From Bugula neritina (Eukaryota; Animalia; Bryozoa): DNA of 64,000 bases. The notes below the pieces were generated by a model. It ran no database searches and was not told the origin of the DNA. It saw nothing but the letters and a program-made list of their open reading frames with translations. The DNA lies in assembly GCA_964035545.1 (NCBI GenBank), contig OZ037765.1:5590698-5654697 (forward strand), given 5' to 3'. A program made the translations under genes and the position numbers. Below are positions 30,801-45,800 of this stretch, in pieces; position 1 is the first letter of the stretch; each line of letters begins with the position of its first letter.

Positions 30801-33800
30801 AGAAAATAATCATTGAAGCCTTTAGCACCAACTTCCTTGGTAGTTGGTCTGGTAGTGCAGTCAGTAAAGACTTACTCAATACTGTTGAGTGAGTCGGTGC
30901 TGTTAGGGTTATAACACCACTATTGGCATGTCATTTTTGTTAAAAAGATTTCACATATACGTTAATAATATAATAAATTATATAGTTATTAGGTAAGCTT
31001 GCATGGTAAAAAATTTGTGTGAGAGAATGTGTGAGCAAGTTTACTAACTCAAAATTTTATTTAGTCACCTCTGGTAGAATAGTAATCTAGAATTTAATAA
31101 AAACAAGCAAACTTTTTATAATTAGTTTTGGTAAGACCTGCTATGCATTGATGTTTCATTATATAGCTAATAGTATAGTTTCTATAAAAATACATTCATT
31201 TGCATTCTACATGCTTTAGTTAGAATCTGCAATTCAAGTTTGCTCATCGCCATGGTTACATACTTGAGAACACAAAGAAATGCATCACAGTATGAAGAGG
31301 TAACTAGCATTGTTTATTCTGTAGGATAAGTTAGAAGTGGAAGAGCTGACACGAGGCCTTAAAGTCAGGACAGATAAACCGCATCTGGTGAGTTTGGGAG
31401 GAGGACGTCTGAGCACTGCCATCACTTTACTTCCTCTGGATGATGGTGGGTGTCTTCTGCTACTAATAATATATTGATAATAGTTAATAGACTAAAGGGA
31501 TGTTAAGCTACTGTTGAAAGTGACATGTTTAAACTTCATATTAGAGGTAGAGGTGTCACTACAAGTTAGCTAGGGAAGTCTGTACTAAAATGATTTAGAT
31601 AAATCTGTGCTGAAAATCTTATGCCTGTGTATAGTTTTAACAAGCTATACGTCTGCTTTCAGTCTATGTATAGCTAGCATGCAAGAATGCGTTAATAGAT
31701 TACTTATATTAAAAAATATTATATATGTAGAATGCTCTGATTAATTTTGTCTTGACATTATAATGTAAGTAAATGTACTAACAGAAGTTGATATGGAAGA
31801 CAACTCCCAAAGTCATCAACTAAATAAATCATCAATGCCAAATTAGTTTTAAGCATGTTGGGTAAAAAGAAAATTTTTATGGTTTTTAAGCTTAAATAAT
31901 AAGATTACACCAAACTTTTGCTTGTACTCTGCAGTATAGTATACATAAATAGGCTACTGCTTACACTTCTTATAGAGCTTAAAAATATGTTACTGCCAAT
32001 GTTTTCTTTATTGTGGACTTTTGGGTACAAATCTGAAAGCAAAGAATGATTCAAATATGTAGACACATCTTTCAAATATTCACGTTTAATCAAATTAGGA
32101 GCATACATGTGAATGACTTTTTACATTTATCTAATTAACCAAATTATATCTTTCAAAGCAAGAATTGCTAGGCTAATGCTACTGGGTGCAGACAATGTGA
32201 TGTTCACAAAGTCACATTTCAATTATTGTTGGATTTTAGGTCATTTATTCAAGTTCATCTTTCAGCTTTTCAAATGAATGTCTTTAATGATTAAATATCT
32301 GCAGCTATAATTGTTCACTGTTTCCCAGTTGTATAGTGTTCAGACCATCTACTATGATATGCAGATTAGTTGCACTACTGTAGTAACACTGCATTATATT
32401 GACTATTTACATGCAGTAAACATATTGGTTATTTACTGCATTACATTAGTTATGCACTATAGTTACACTGCATTATATATTAGCTATTTACTGTAATAAC
32501 ACTGATTTATATTAGTTATTCACTGTAGTAACACTACCTTTACCTGTTTATAAAGCTTATTACATAATATTTTAAAGAAAAGTTTTAAAATTAAATTTGC
32601 TTAAAGTTCAGTGGTGTTTACTATACAACCCTAAAAAATTATTTCAACTCAAAAATGAAACACTAACCTGCCTGAAAATAAACTGTACTAATATAAGAAT
32701 TTACTCGTGTGGTTCCCCAGGTATAACCCGTATTGGGAGCAATAAAGACCAGGATATATGCATCTATGGTCCAGAGATCCAAGGTGAGCACTGCTATATC
32801 AACAGCAATCAACTGGCAATCACTTTGTCTCCCCTCAATAACGCTGCCGTTGCTGTCGATGGTCAAGTCATATCTGACTCAGTGGTTCTAAATCAGGGTG
32901 AGTTGTAACTGATTTGCCATCAAATATTATTTTGAAGCTTTTTATATCTAAATATACAAGCTAAAGCTATAGATTGACTTAAAGAGTGGACAATGCTGTT
33001 AAGTCATTTTATAAAATGGTTATTGGCATTAAAACACTTTAATCGAGGTGCTGTGCGGTTTTATGCTAATGAATCACAAATTTGACTACCTTGGATTTTC
33101 CAAAAGTACTTTACATTGCTTCTTTTAAAGTAGTGAAATTTTTAATTTGTTACTCATCTTTGAACAAACTTAAAGTTTTCCTTATGTTTTCAATAACAGT
33201 TTTGCTTACTGCCTTTATTCAGCTCTGCATCCTTGTACTATAGGAAGGTGGGTAGTTTGAGTTGTTTTCTCCTGATTATGAATAAAACTTCTATTCGGGT
33301 AAGCAACTCTAACAGAATAGAAAAAGCTACTTCAGAATGCTTTTCATTTTAAAATGCTGTGAACACTGAACTGAATCTATAAGTAGTTATACTCGTAGTT
33401 TAATGGCTGTGAACTAGTATGTGGTTAGTGTACAGATGCAATTATAACACTATCACAAGTCATTGTTCACTTTTATCTCAAAATAATCTGGAATCTTAAT
33501 AATGTTTACAGTACGTGCTACCATTTGTCATATGGGCAGAGTTATCATTTGTCACTATTACATCATCAAATAAATAGCTTTTGCATGATTGACTTTGGAT
33601 TAAGAGTGTGAAAGGACATCGATATATGAGCACTCAGTATTTCCCTTTTAATAGCAGCTAGACACTGTTAAATATTTGCCCACTGTCATGCTCACGCTTC
33701 AAGTCACAATCTATTCAATTTACTAATTTCTACTCATCTGCACTAAATAGCAATACTTCACACAATATAATTATCTATTATCAACAGCCTATCATGATCG

Positions 33801-36800
33801 TGTTGTGTCTCATAATTAATTGTGATCAGTCATTAGCTGAAGTTCCTTGGTTGCAGGTTGTATGCTGTGTTTGGGACGATCCAACTACTTTCGCTTTAAT
33901 CACCCTGAACAAGCTATGAAGTTGAAAGGCTCAAATAGCAACTCAGACCACGCTGACACTACCACCAAGGTGCTTGACAAAGGTATTCACTAATGTTTTT
34001 AGTAGAATTTTACTAGTTTAATTAAATAGTATATGAAAAATTGACACTTTTGAGTGTTTACATTTCGGCCATACGTAAATTAATAATTATACTTTACCCA
34101 ATACTTGCAATATCTATATATATGCATGTATATATGTATGTATATATGCATGTATATATGCATGTATATATTATGTAGTGTAAATTCAATTTGTTTCAGT
34201 ACATATGGTTTTTAAACACAGTTAGAAATTTTATTTAGAAAACACAGTTTGACTTTGTATGTAAACAGTTTTAGAGCTATGAATCATATAGCTAAATATA
34301 ACTCAAAGCGGTCAGTCATTATGACTCATATAATGCTGCCAGTTGGTCTCTTTTTATTATTCAAATAAATGATGTATTATTTGAGTTACCAAAACTTTGT
34401 TAGTAGTTTGTATAAGCTAGTGTTCTAAATCATTGTGCTGCACAATCTCTGAAGCGGAATAGAAATGAAGGTTAAAGGCTAATAATGGTCTTTTATAAGC
34501 ATGTATTGTAAACAATTATGTTCAATTGCCTTCAAGAGAGATCTAAAAACCCGAACTAGCTAGGCATGTATACACTTAAAGTCAAAGTTATTTAGCTAGA
34601 GTTTTATGGCACATCAACAGGCATTATAAATATTTGGAGAAATACTCTCTTCAGAGTGTAGTTGATTACTGCACTGCACTAGCAGGTCTGTAATTTATTA
34701 ATTATATCTTTGTTCTGAAGAAAGTTGTTTTATTGCGATCATTTATCTGCTTGCTGGACAGACATTGTATAGCTTGTAGCTGTTTTTTGCTCTGTATCTT
34801 AAAAAGAAGTACTGTAGTTAGTATAAGTCAACTAGTAACTAGTACATGAAGGACCAATAATCTATTAGTTAACAATACTCATTTTAGAAGAATACAGTAA
34901 AGGTCAGTCGGTGTTGTTAACTTCCACATCATCAAGTACAGTCAGCAGCATTGAACCCTCTTCTTCCAAGTTTCGCGATGATTTAGCCGAACAGAGTTTT
35001 AAAAATAAGCTCAAACGCTTTGAAATTCTAGCTACACCGCCACAAGAGGAAGTGATGTCACCGCCACCGACAACTCCCAACTACAGTAAGTTCTCTTATC
35101 TCAACTATGTTGGAGAGAAACTGTTTACTAAGGATACTAATACCACACGCTTATCTACAGATGAAGCGCAAATTAACTCTGATGCTCTAGCAAAAGCAAA
35201 GTCAGTTACTAATGGTGAGTCATCACAGCAAATCAAACCTCCATTCAAGCCGGAGGTTAAACCTAAACCCGCTCCCGGACTAGGAAAGTCAAAACCAAAA
35301 CTACAATCACCTCTAGGCTCAAGCACCAACATGGCAACTCCGTTAGGAAATGGAAGATCAGAGTTCAAAACTCTTTCTATGATCAGCACTGAGACTTCGA
35401 TATGGGGGAGCACTAGTTCGGCTGGTACTGTTAGACTTGATGATGAGTTGTGTTCACCTAGTAGCTGTACAACTCCTACTGAAGACTTGCTGGACCACCC
35501 TGACGTGTTTAGTGAAGAGATGACTAACAGCTTGACTATGAAACATCAGCAGATGGTGAGTCATACTATTTCTGGTTTGTGGTTTGCCGGTTGTACCTGA
35601 GAGCAGCTGTGGTCTAGGGGTTAGAGCGCATGGCTTAATAAGCAGGAAGTCATAGGTTCGATCCCCTGTAAAGGCCAATGGTGATGTTAGGAAAAGCATC
35701 CAGCCATTATTGTTGCTGTGCCACATATGAGTAAGTCCTTAGCCTGTTTTACAAGAAAACCCCTTTACATCAGGGGTTCTCGAAGGGATGGTGACTATAA
35801 ACTTGTGTGAGTTTACTTGTTAGTAGTACACATATATTTAGGCACTAAACACACATCGGTTAAGCTGACTTAAGAAAAGTATGATGGAATGTTTAAAGGA
35901 AACTGTTACTTGGGTTTCACTCAATCGATTACTTTTGTCTAGTCGCTCATTGTTATTCAAGGAAGAAGTAACCCTGTATGTCAGTTTAATAACTGCTGGC
36001 CTATACAATACAGTGAGTGCAAGTTGTTTGTATTTTTATGAGCAATCAATTTCAATGCAGTTTAATGTAACTGAACTAGAAGCTTGAAACAAGGATCGAT
36101 CCAATCTTGAACAAGTTTTTTGCTAGATTATTCTAAGTTCCCATGGTTATTCATATCAATGTTATCAACTTTTGGTCCTTTGTATCAACATACTTAATCT
36201 TAAAGTGTCATAACTTCTTCATGGTGCAAGATATAGTTTTATTTATGCAAGCACAAACAATATTAGGAATAATTATTAACCAATTGGTATTGAACAAGAC
36301 TTTTCAATCTAAAGCTGCTAAATGAAAACTTTATTTTCAAATGTTGAGACAATATAGTAGAGAAATTATTTTTAACAGCTTGAAAGTATCCACCATAGTA
36401 CCAGGGAAAATTTAATAATTGCTCCCAATTTCTGCAGAAAATTGCTTCCTTCTTAACTCAAAAATCAAAGTTCAGAAAATAATTCCTATAAATGGTTTTT
36501 ATTCTTATAAAACATAAACTTATATAACGCAACTCTATACCTCTTTGCTAATTACGTACACTTATGCTTTTACTTTCTTTCAAATTGTCAATAGTTCAAA
36601 AGCTCTTGAATTATAAGCTATTTATACATATAACTTTATAAGCAAACATGTCATGCTGTTAAAATGTTAATCTCTATAAACTATACTATTCATAACAACT
36701 ATAAGTTGGGTGAATCTTAATTCTAGAATAGAATGTTTGAGGTGAAACTCATATAAAAACTTGATCATAATCACTGTACTCTAAATATTGACTATTAATG

Positions 36801-39800
36801 GAGAGCAGCAAATATTTGTCCTTAAACAACCCTGAATTTGTGGCTTCCTACAAACAATCTCAAAGTGGTCATGCTGATTGGATATTATGTTAAAATAACC
36901 CGCTTGTTTATTTCCCATTGTTAAAAGTTTTTATTGTTCCACAGCCAAAACAAAATACAAACCTATCGTGTTGCAGCTGGTTATAGCATTGAAATAAAAC
37001 AGTGAGGCAGCTGTTTGCTATCAACTTGTTGTGATTAATTCAATGAAATTACCTGTATATTATAGTTTGCATTTTCTGTTACATTTCATTGTCCTTGTGC
37101 TTCCAGATATAAAACAACATGGATGATGTGCACCTAAAATTCTATGCATAGTTGAAATTTTGCCAGAATTTCAGTTTTGTTTTTGTTTTTATAACAATAA
37201 TCTGCTCATTAACGCTTCCTACGGTCACCAGAGAATGTTTGTGATTTTCACTCTCATGTATCTTAAGATGCTATTCCACAACACTATAATTTATTCCATA
37301 GATATAATGAGTAAAATTGCCATTTATAGAGGCAGTAGCAAAAATACAATGGTCTAACTTTTTAATAATTATGTCTTATGAATTTTGTTTGGATGGCGAG
37401 TGCGTTGAAAGCCTTTTGAGAAGTAAGTTCTTTTAATGTCGGATTTTTCATCCAGGGCGTAGGCTCTCTCAAAACTTCTTGTACAATGCTTTGTTTAATG
37501 TCTTCCATACTGAAAATATCGTATTTTTCTCACTAATTACATTTTACCTTCTAGTTTTTATGCAAACTTTTTCCTTTTGCCTCATCTTTTTTGTTGAATA
37601 TATACAAAGATGTTGTTTGCACTAAGACGGTGAAGACTTTCTCTAGAACTATAGTTAAAAGCAACTTTTTCTCTACAATGTATTAAATTACAGTATGATT
37701 GGCTTAAGAAAAATCACTGATAATATAATAATTCTTTACAGACCATGAGTTCGTTTGTATTGCGATTATAAGTATTTAGTTTCACACATATCAAGAAGCT
37801 CTTATTATAACTAATATCTAATTAGTAACAAAATAGTCAATGAATTCAATACTACCTGCTAGCTAGTACAGTACAAGTATTTGTTATGGCAGACAGCCAG
37901 TTTATTCTAATTCCATACGTATTTAGACAGCTATTAAGTAACATAACACTGGTACCTAGGGTGATTTAGAGTAGCCTAGCTATGTTATACTAGCAGTTGA
38001 TGGAATGTTATAAGCATGTATGCATCATCTGTCATAAATTGATGCAGTTAGTTAGTTGGAGCTGTACTTTAGTGTGAACAAGTTCACTTCAAGTTAATAT
38101 TACATAAAATCTTAGGATGGTGTGCTCTTTTTAGGTGAGAAATATTTTTATCATTTATGTGTTTATAAGTATGGACAGTTTGAAATATTATTATTCTTTC
38201 ATTAAATTTACTTTTAATAATTTTAGGGATACTCTTTATAGCCTGATCTGTCTAAAATAGTTGATCAATTTTTATGTGGATGTCAGCATGTTATAATGCA
38301 ACATTGGTGTATATACTAGCTTTTCAATATTTAGGCACATTAAGGTTTGGCCTGGCGGTTTTTGAAACTTTTGTTTGTGTTTTCCAAGACTGGAGAATAA
38401 ATTAAAGTTGCTAAAGGCTAAACCAATGTCAACTAGAGAACTACATTCTTGAAATTGTCATTTGTGTTCAGTAGTAGAGAGATTTTTATAGCTCCCAGGC
38501 TTAAAATTTCTCTGCTTTCTATTTCGTTAGTTTTTTTAATAAATTCTGGTTTGGGGTGCGGGCTGAGAACATATCTTGTTTTGCTAAATTTCTAATCTAG
38601 AACACAGGCTTTTCTCAATTTCTGTATTACTGCACCTACCTCAAAACTATTGAGTATTTAAGCTACTCTAAGTTGCTGCTAACTAATATGGCAGGTTGAA
38701 GAGAGAAAGCTAGAAGAAGCCATGGAGAAGAAAGAGCAGGAGAGACTAGAGGAGATACTGGCCATGTGTGCTCAGTATGAAGAGCAAGTAGACTCAGAGA
38801 AACAGATTAACAGCCCTCTGGTCAAATCTGAAAAGCTTCAGGGGAGACAACTTGCCCACTACGACACTAAAGGAACACCACCAAAGACACTTGGCTTAAC
38901 CAGTGTTCTATCATCACACTATGACGGCCATGCAGCTACACTTCCTTCGCAGATGCCAGGTGAGTGAAAACAGCTGTTCCCATCTCATATGATGACAACC
39001 TGTGACAGATTGTCAGGGTTAGTTTCATGTAGTTTCAGATATCTAAGAGTTATACAAGATGGTAATCTCAATTGTCTCAGTTATTTGAATTATTCGTTAA
39101 TTAGTGAGTTAATTAACTTATGCTTTGTTTAAAATGTCAGGTATCAAAAAAATATGAACCTTTTAATCAGAATATCATTGTTAAAAGATATTTTTTCTAT
39201 CAAAAAAGATATAAATGTTTTCAAGTTTTAAATTACAATGTACAGTCGTTGTGTTACAGATGTATTGAGTGAGAGTATTCAATCAGCTAGGGCGTTGTCG
39301 CCACCCACCCGCATTGATCATCACATCAACAAAGCTAATGGCTCTCTCCTCCATTCTCAAACCTCACCTCCTCATTCTAGAACAGAAGAAGCGTTTAACT
39401 TGAGTAACCATAGTAACAAAGTTCTATCCACTAGCAACCCTACTTATACCAGTAAATCTGGTGGCCAATCACAACATGCCTATCAAGATGATCAGCACTT
39501 ATACGACTGCCCAGCGGATTACAATATTCTCTCCGAGTCTAAACCTAAGGCTATTCCTGATTGCCTAGTTCTGACCTCACCAATGAGCAAGTCCGCCTAC
39601 GAAGATGATCACAGGATATACGATGATCCTGCAGAGGTGCTAACATTTGCCCCTCCTGTGCCCTCCCACTCAAACCAGGAATCTTCTAGAAAAGTATCCA
39701 CTAGTAGAAACTCAGGTGATTCGAACCCAGAAAGACAGCCACACAGAAGCATAGATAGTTCATCTTCAGAACTTACAGTCGTTAGCAGTGCTTGCAGCTC

Positions 39801-42800
39801 TAATACAGCTGCTCCGGAGTTGCCTTCCTCTTTTACAGAAACTGTCAAGGTAAGATAATTCTAGAAATGCTATGTTGATTCTAGTATAGTGTAAAAATTT
39901 CCTGAAAAATATTTCAATGTGTAAGCAAAAGTAAAATTTAAAGATCGAACTTTTCAGCAAGCATCTTTGTTTTGCCATTGTGCAGGGCTAAAAAGTTCAT
40001 CAACTAACTAGAAGCTTCTGCTATTCCAATTTCTACACCCACTCAGCTCTGCGTACTCTTTCTTTCAGTTACTGCTGTACTCATTGCACTATTCTACGAC
40101 TAAATTTTCCACAGTCTGTTGTAACATGTGATAGCTTCAGCCTGTAGCCATCTGCTTATCTATAAAGTGAACTAGTAATGTCTTTACAGGCAATGTTAGT
40201 ACAAACTATCTACTATCAAGTATTATAATTGCTACTTCCATTCATTAAATTGATTTGAAGAGCACAGCAGCTGTCCACGGACTGTAGTATAGCACATTTC
40301 CTTGCAGTCTCAAGAAATTACAATAATTATCTTCAATTGTGAGAATATTTAATGATTATTAATTGTAATTATCTTTAGTACTGTGCCTTACTAGTGTTAA
40401 AACTTTTTGCTGACTGCCATCTTCCATCTAGAACACATTTTAAAATACCATAAACTGACAATAACACACAGTTATGTTGCTATTTAACTGTGTCTAAACA
40501 TTAAATGTCTAAATTCTAGTGAGCAGTAAAGTCTAAGGGTCATGAAATGCATTATTTATATAGCACTTTTGGAGTTATCTCTCATGTTATCAGTGTAGCC
40601 TACAGTGTAATGTAGGGTAACCATACAATCTAAACCAGTACGAATTCTTATCACTTTCAGCAATTTGATTTTAAAGGTCAACTAATGAAGTGGAAATTAG
40701 CAAAGTAAATAATTACATTAGCCAATTTTTGGTGTAAATATTTTAGTTTAAAAGAGCAACGTGCTATATTTCATAAGTCATATTGTAATCTCTTTTGCTG
40801 TAATGGTCATACATGGAACAATATCACATCAGTGCAGAAATGAAAGCCATAAATTATTTGTGGTTGAACTCTGTCATAAGCTAAGAGCTACCTGCACGGC
40901 TTAACCGCACCAGCACCGTCACGCTTGAATGGACAAGTAGCTGTTCTCCAGTTTCACTTCTACTATAAATATACGAGAGATTAGTTGCGTGTTTTGTATA
41001 CAAATATTTACATTTTTATGGTTTCTGGTTGTAAATATTATACGGCTCAAACAAAGACTTCACTGTATTACTGCATTGGGTAAGTTATTTGACACGATCT
41101 CCTACTAGCTATAGGTTGGAATAGAGAGCTTCACGTGCTCTGCAGCGACTTTGATGTACTAAAAGGCACTAATCTAGTCCAGTCTAGTAGTAGTGTTCGT
41201 TCATTGTGTGTCAGTTACGTTCAAGATTTGACACTCGAAATTAGGCTTAGCTCTAAATAAACTTCTTCTTATTAGTTTCCAATAATAGCAATACCCCGTG
41301 GATTGCAAAGCTTTGGATATTTTAGAAAGAACTCACTTAATTTGGAACTGTAAGTAGAGAAAATATTAAGTCGAAGTTGTAGTATTGGATGTTATACCAC
41401 CACTATGACTATGCTATGCTAATACTACACAGTCTATACAGTTTATGCTATCAGTATGCTATTTGCCAACATGTAATCAGACTCTTGACTTTGTTAGGAA
41501 TCATAATCTTTGAACTTGCGTTCAAGTCTTGCCAACCTGTCGGCATATTGTATTGACTAGATTGTTGGTGAAGCTATGAATACATGAACTTTGGTTAGTC
41601 ATACCTCGTCAGTAGATAGATAGCTTGAGCTTCAGTTTAGTCACTGTTTAGTAGGGAGCATCAAGTCCTACTGGTTATAGTTGATTTCTCAGGTTTGTAA
41701 ACTTTTTGTATAGTCACTCTTTCTGAGGTAGGTGCAGTAAATGTAGCAAAATAAGTTTGTTTTAGCTTGTGCCTCAAACTAAAATTTATTAAGAGAATTA
41801 AAGAACTTGAGCTATCTAAATTTCTCTGCCCCTGCAACCCATTTTCTAACAATGTGCAAATGTAAAGTTTTCTTCCATCATGCAGTAATGTACTATTGAA
41901 AGAACTTTTACAACCTGTAAGTGTATTTTATTGTGTCATGACTGGTTGAAAAATGTCTACATTGTGCACTTGCTTTAAACATGTTTTCCTGAGATACTGA
42001 TTGGTGTTACTTGCTGCAGATATTTAACTCCAACTATTCCACCATATCCTATTCTATCCACCTTATCACATTGACCATATTCTATTCAATGTAATACTCG
42101 ATCCTGTAAAAGGAGGTTTTAATTTTCACATCTCTGAGTCATCTATTAGGTACAGGGATGTAAATTTTACCTTAGCTTAAGTTTCTAACTTCTAATTTAA
42201 TATTGGGTGTGGGACGACAGTGTGACTACCTTAATTCAAATAAAAACCTTTACTGCAATATCACTGTACCTAATACCATTTGATAAGCTTGAAAGCTTGC
42301 ACTCACTTATTGGCTGGCAAACATTGATATGAAGTTTGCAAGATGAACTTTCCATTTTACGAATGATGTTTAGTTGTCAAAAGAACTTTGAGCCAATTTA
42401 GTCACTAATTTGGAACAAGACTTCTAGAACTAGCATACCACAGTGCTCCCTCCATATCTCACTAAGCTATACAGTGCTCCCTCCATATCTCACTAAGTTC
42501 TGGGTCCCAAAACTTCAATTCAGGACATAGTAGAATACCAGATTTAACTCATGGATCTGTTAAATTCCACCATTTTGCCCCTTGTACACACATATATAAG
42601 CCACAAAATTGGGGCCCAAGCCCTTCCCGTGACCTATGAAACTCCTATGAAACTTCGTGAGAAATGGAATTTCATGAGAAATGGAGGGAGCCCCGTACTA
42701 GGGCTTCCATAATCAATATCAGCCTCAAATTGGAAACAGAGTAAGTTGTTAAACATCTGTCTGTGTGAATGACAACTGGCAGACCCGTTTCACACTGTCA

Positions 42801-45800
42801 CTAAGCCTAGGGCCACACGGTGCGTATTTTCGCATGCGAAAGTTGAAATCACAAGTAGCAAAGGTGTCCACTGTGCGCGTTGAGAAAACCTTCGCACTTG
42901 TCGCTCTGCATTTTCAACGCAAGTGCGAATCGTCTCTGTCGTCGTCACCTAATTGGCTGGTAGGTATTCAGCGAGCCCAATTTCTTTATTTAGTGCTATA
43001 TTCCAGTAAATTGCGTTTTGTTGAAAGCGAGTGCGATTTAAAAATGAAAGCTTTATTTACCACGCATCACTGACGCTACAGTGGACACCTTTGCTACTTG
43101 TGATTTTAATTTTCGCATGCGAAAATACGCACAGTGTGGCCCTAGGCTTAGTTGTTACACAGCATGTGCATATGCTGATGATTAGGCTGCTGTTAGGCAA
43201 TATTATGCCTACTGTCACATGATCAATGTGAGAAAGTCCATCACTCGCTAACACCTGTCAATGGGCTTGCCTATTGCACTCTATTAACTCTTAGTATGTT
43301 AAAGTAAAAAGTATGACTATATATTGGTTTAGAGGTATTATATTCTACTAGTTATTTTAATTTTGGTAATTTTTATCAATACATGTAGGCCTACTTAATC
43401 TTTATTATTTTCTATTTGGCTCACCATTTGTGAAAAGCTTGTGCTTAAAAAAAAGTTTGAAAACTGCAATGTAGACTCACCTTTGCAAAATTTCATTTAA
43501 ATATTATATTTCAAATAATTATAATGATTGTAACACATCTTCAAATAGAACTGCAATATAATGTTTATTTGTGTAACACAATTCAGTTATTAAGTCATCA
43601 TAAATAAAATAGGAGTAAGTTAGATTTGTCTTCTCTTGCAATAATTGTTGAAGATTATCTTTTGTGCACATCTCGTGCCCTGATGCCATGTAAGCAGTTG
43701 AAGTTTATGTTTTAAAATCTTGGTTACTTTATAGAAATAATGTATTGAATCAAAGAATCTTGATAGTTGAGCTCTTAAACTCTCTCAGTCTAATTTTGCA
43801 TGTTGCATGATAATTTACTTAAGATAAACATATGTCACTGTGATAACATCTACTCTACATACTTTCTCTCTACATATTTTACCTGCTGATAGGAATCTGT
43901 CTGCTAACTGGGCTATGAATAACTAAACAGTAGTCTGATGTTACCCTCATTCATCCTGTTTCCCTAAGAAAGCAATTATATAACACTTGGCCAACAAAAT
44001 CTATTAAATGCAAATCATCTGTTCATTGCACAAAGTTCAGGTACATGTGGCAATTTATTCGCCATAGTTACTGTCTTCTGCTCTTGTAGTCTGAGGATAT
44101 AACTTCTAACCTCAATAGTCTGAGACACACCAGGTCTACCTACAGAGAGAAACTTAGCAAGATTAAGTCTAATATCATGGAGGTGGAGACGCAGCAGTCT
44201 GAGGCTGTCAGAGAGGTGAGTAGGTCAGACTGCGGCAGCATCAGCTTAATAACCGGTAGCGGTTAGTAGCAGCAATTGGTAGATGTCAACTAACAATAAT
44301 TGCTCATGTAGCTTTTTATACTATGAAATTTATAGTATAAAGTTTATAGTATATTAGCAGTTTATAGTGTATTAGCAAATAATTGGCCTAGTATTTCGAT
44401 AAAACAGCTTAGTAGTGTGTAGAGTTACACCAGACAGAATTTAAGTAAATGTGTCATCTGTGCTACTTTATACTTAGGTAGCTGTGCACTATAATTAATA
44501 ATACGTATCATGTTATAGTGGGTGGCTTCATTCTTGCAAGGTAGCTTATATAACAGCAGCAGCAGCATATTATAGGCAGATTTTGCATATATAAAGCTCT
44601 TCTGGCATCACACAATGAAACGATTTCCTGCTGGGAACGTACACCACGTCACAGCTCAAACTCAAATAGAATAAAAGCTATTTTTGGACATAGCTGAGTT
44701 CAGTTAACTCACAGCTACACAGATGGAAGTATTGAGTCTACAGCGTGGGGTGTTACAGCAACTATTAAATTAGTAACAACTCATTGCTTCACTAAAATAA
44801 TATACAGAAATGCTTTGCAGAGCTCAAATGACTACCATAGCTAATAGGATAGCTAGGGTAAAGTATCAATGTATTTTATTTAATGTGTTTATATTTCAAA
44901 TTAATTTTTTGTGAAATATTATACTTGAAATGTTATTCATTGCAACATACAAAGTAGAAAGTGTATTCCTCAACAGAAAGGTTATTAGATCTTGAAAAAT
45001 ATACAATACCTTTTAGCGGCTTATATTAGAATACAATCATAACACAGCTTCATTCAATTATAACAGCTTTTCTCATTTGCAATACATCAACTAACAATAC
45101 AAATTGAATGCACCTCTATGCACACTCGCCATTGAGTGAGTTGTGGGAGAAGCAATAACCACTTCACCTTGCATTACGGTACTGCTCAGTGTTTAGAGAG
45201 CTGCTTATCAAATCATAGTGATCTCGTGCTAGTAGACACTATTTAGTACTAGCTACTAACAGTTCAGGTGACATCAATTATAATTGACTAATGATAACGG
45301 TTCACCTTCAACCTAACCTTGCTCTGCTGGTTCCAGCTGGAAATGGAGCAGGCTTTGCTACAAGGTGAACAGCAAAGTGAGCTCAACAAGCTACAAGCTC
45401 AGTGGGAAGAAGGTGATATGCTTAAATCTAAACGACTCATACTCATGAATAGCTATGCCAAGCAGCAGCAAGAGGTAAGGCAGCATTGCATGCAGCATCT
45501 ACTAACACTGCATGGCTTCTTGTACTGGAGTTGTCTAAAGATTCAATGCTTTATTAATTATTAATTAATTGTAAAGTTAAACTTTTACAGCTCTATGTGT
45601 TCCTTTTTATTCCCAGAACCTTAGTTTTAAGCAGACTTGGGGAGAGTGTTGATTTATTTAATCAAAATACTACTTAGTTCCATTTCATTAAAAAAGGTAA
45701 CTGTAGTAGTTGTGAGCTTGATTTAAATCTTTTGAACAGCATGAGTTAATTACAACAACAAATTTTAGAATGAATGGCCACAAGATTCACGAGTGAGATA

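Noticed and set aside
35601-35680. Possible tRNA gene
   Set aside because: A and B boxes are present, but there is no acceptor stem or proper anticodon arm; treated as a SINE head.
37371-37422. ATG-initiated segment ending in GTAAGT inside a PHLDB intron
   Set aside because: Phase 1, incompatible with the next exon (phase 0); no other support.
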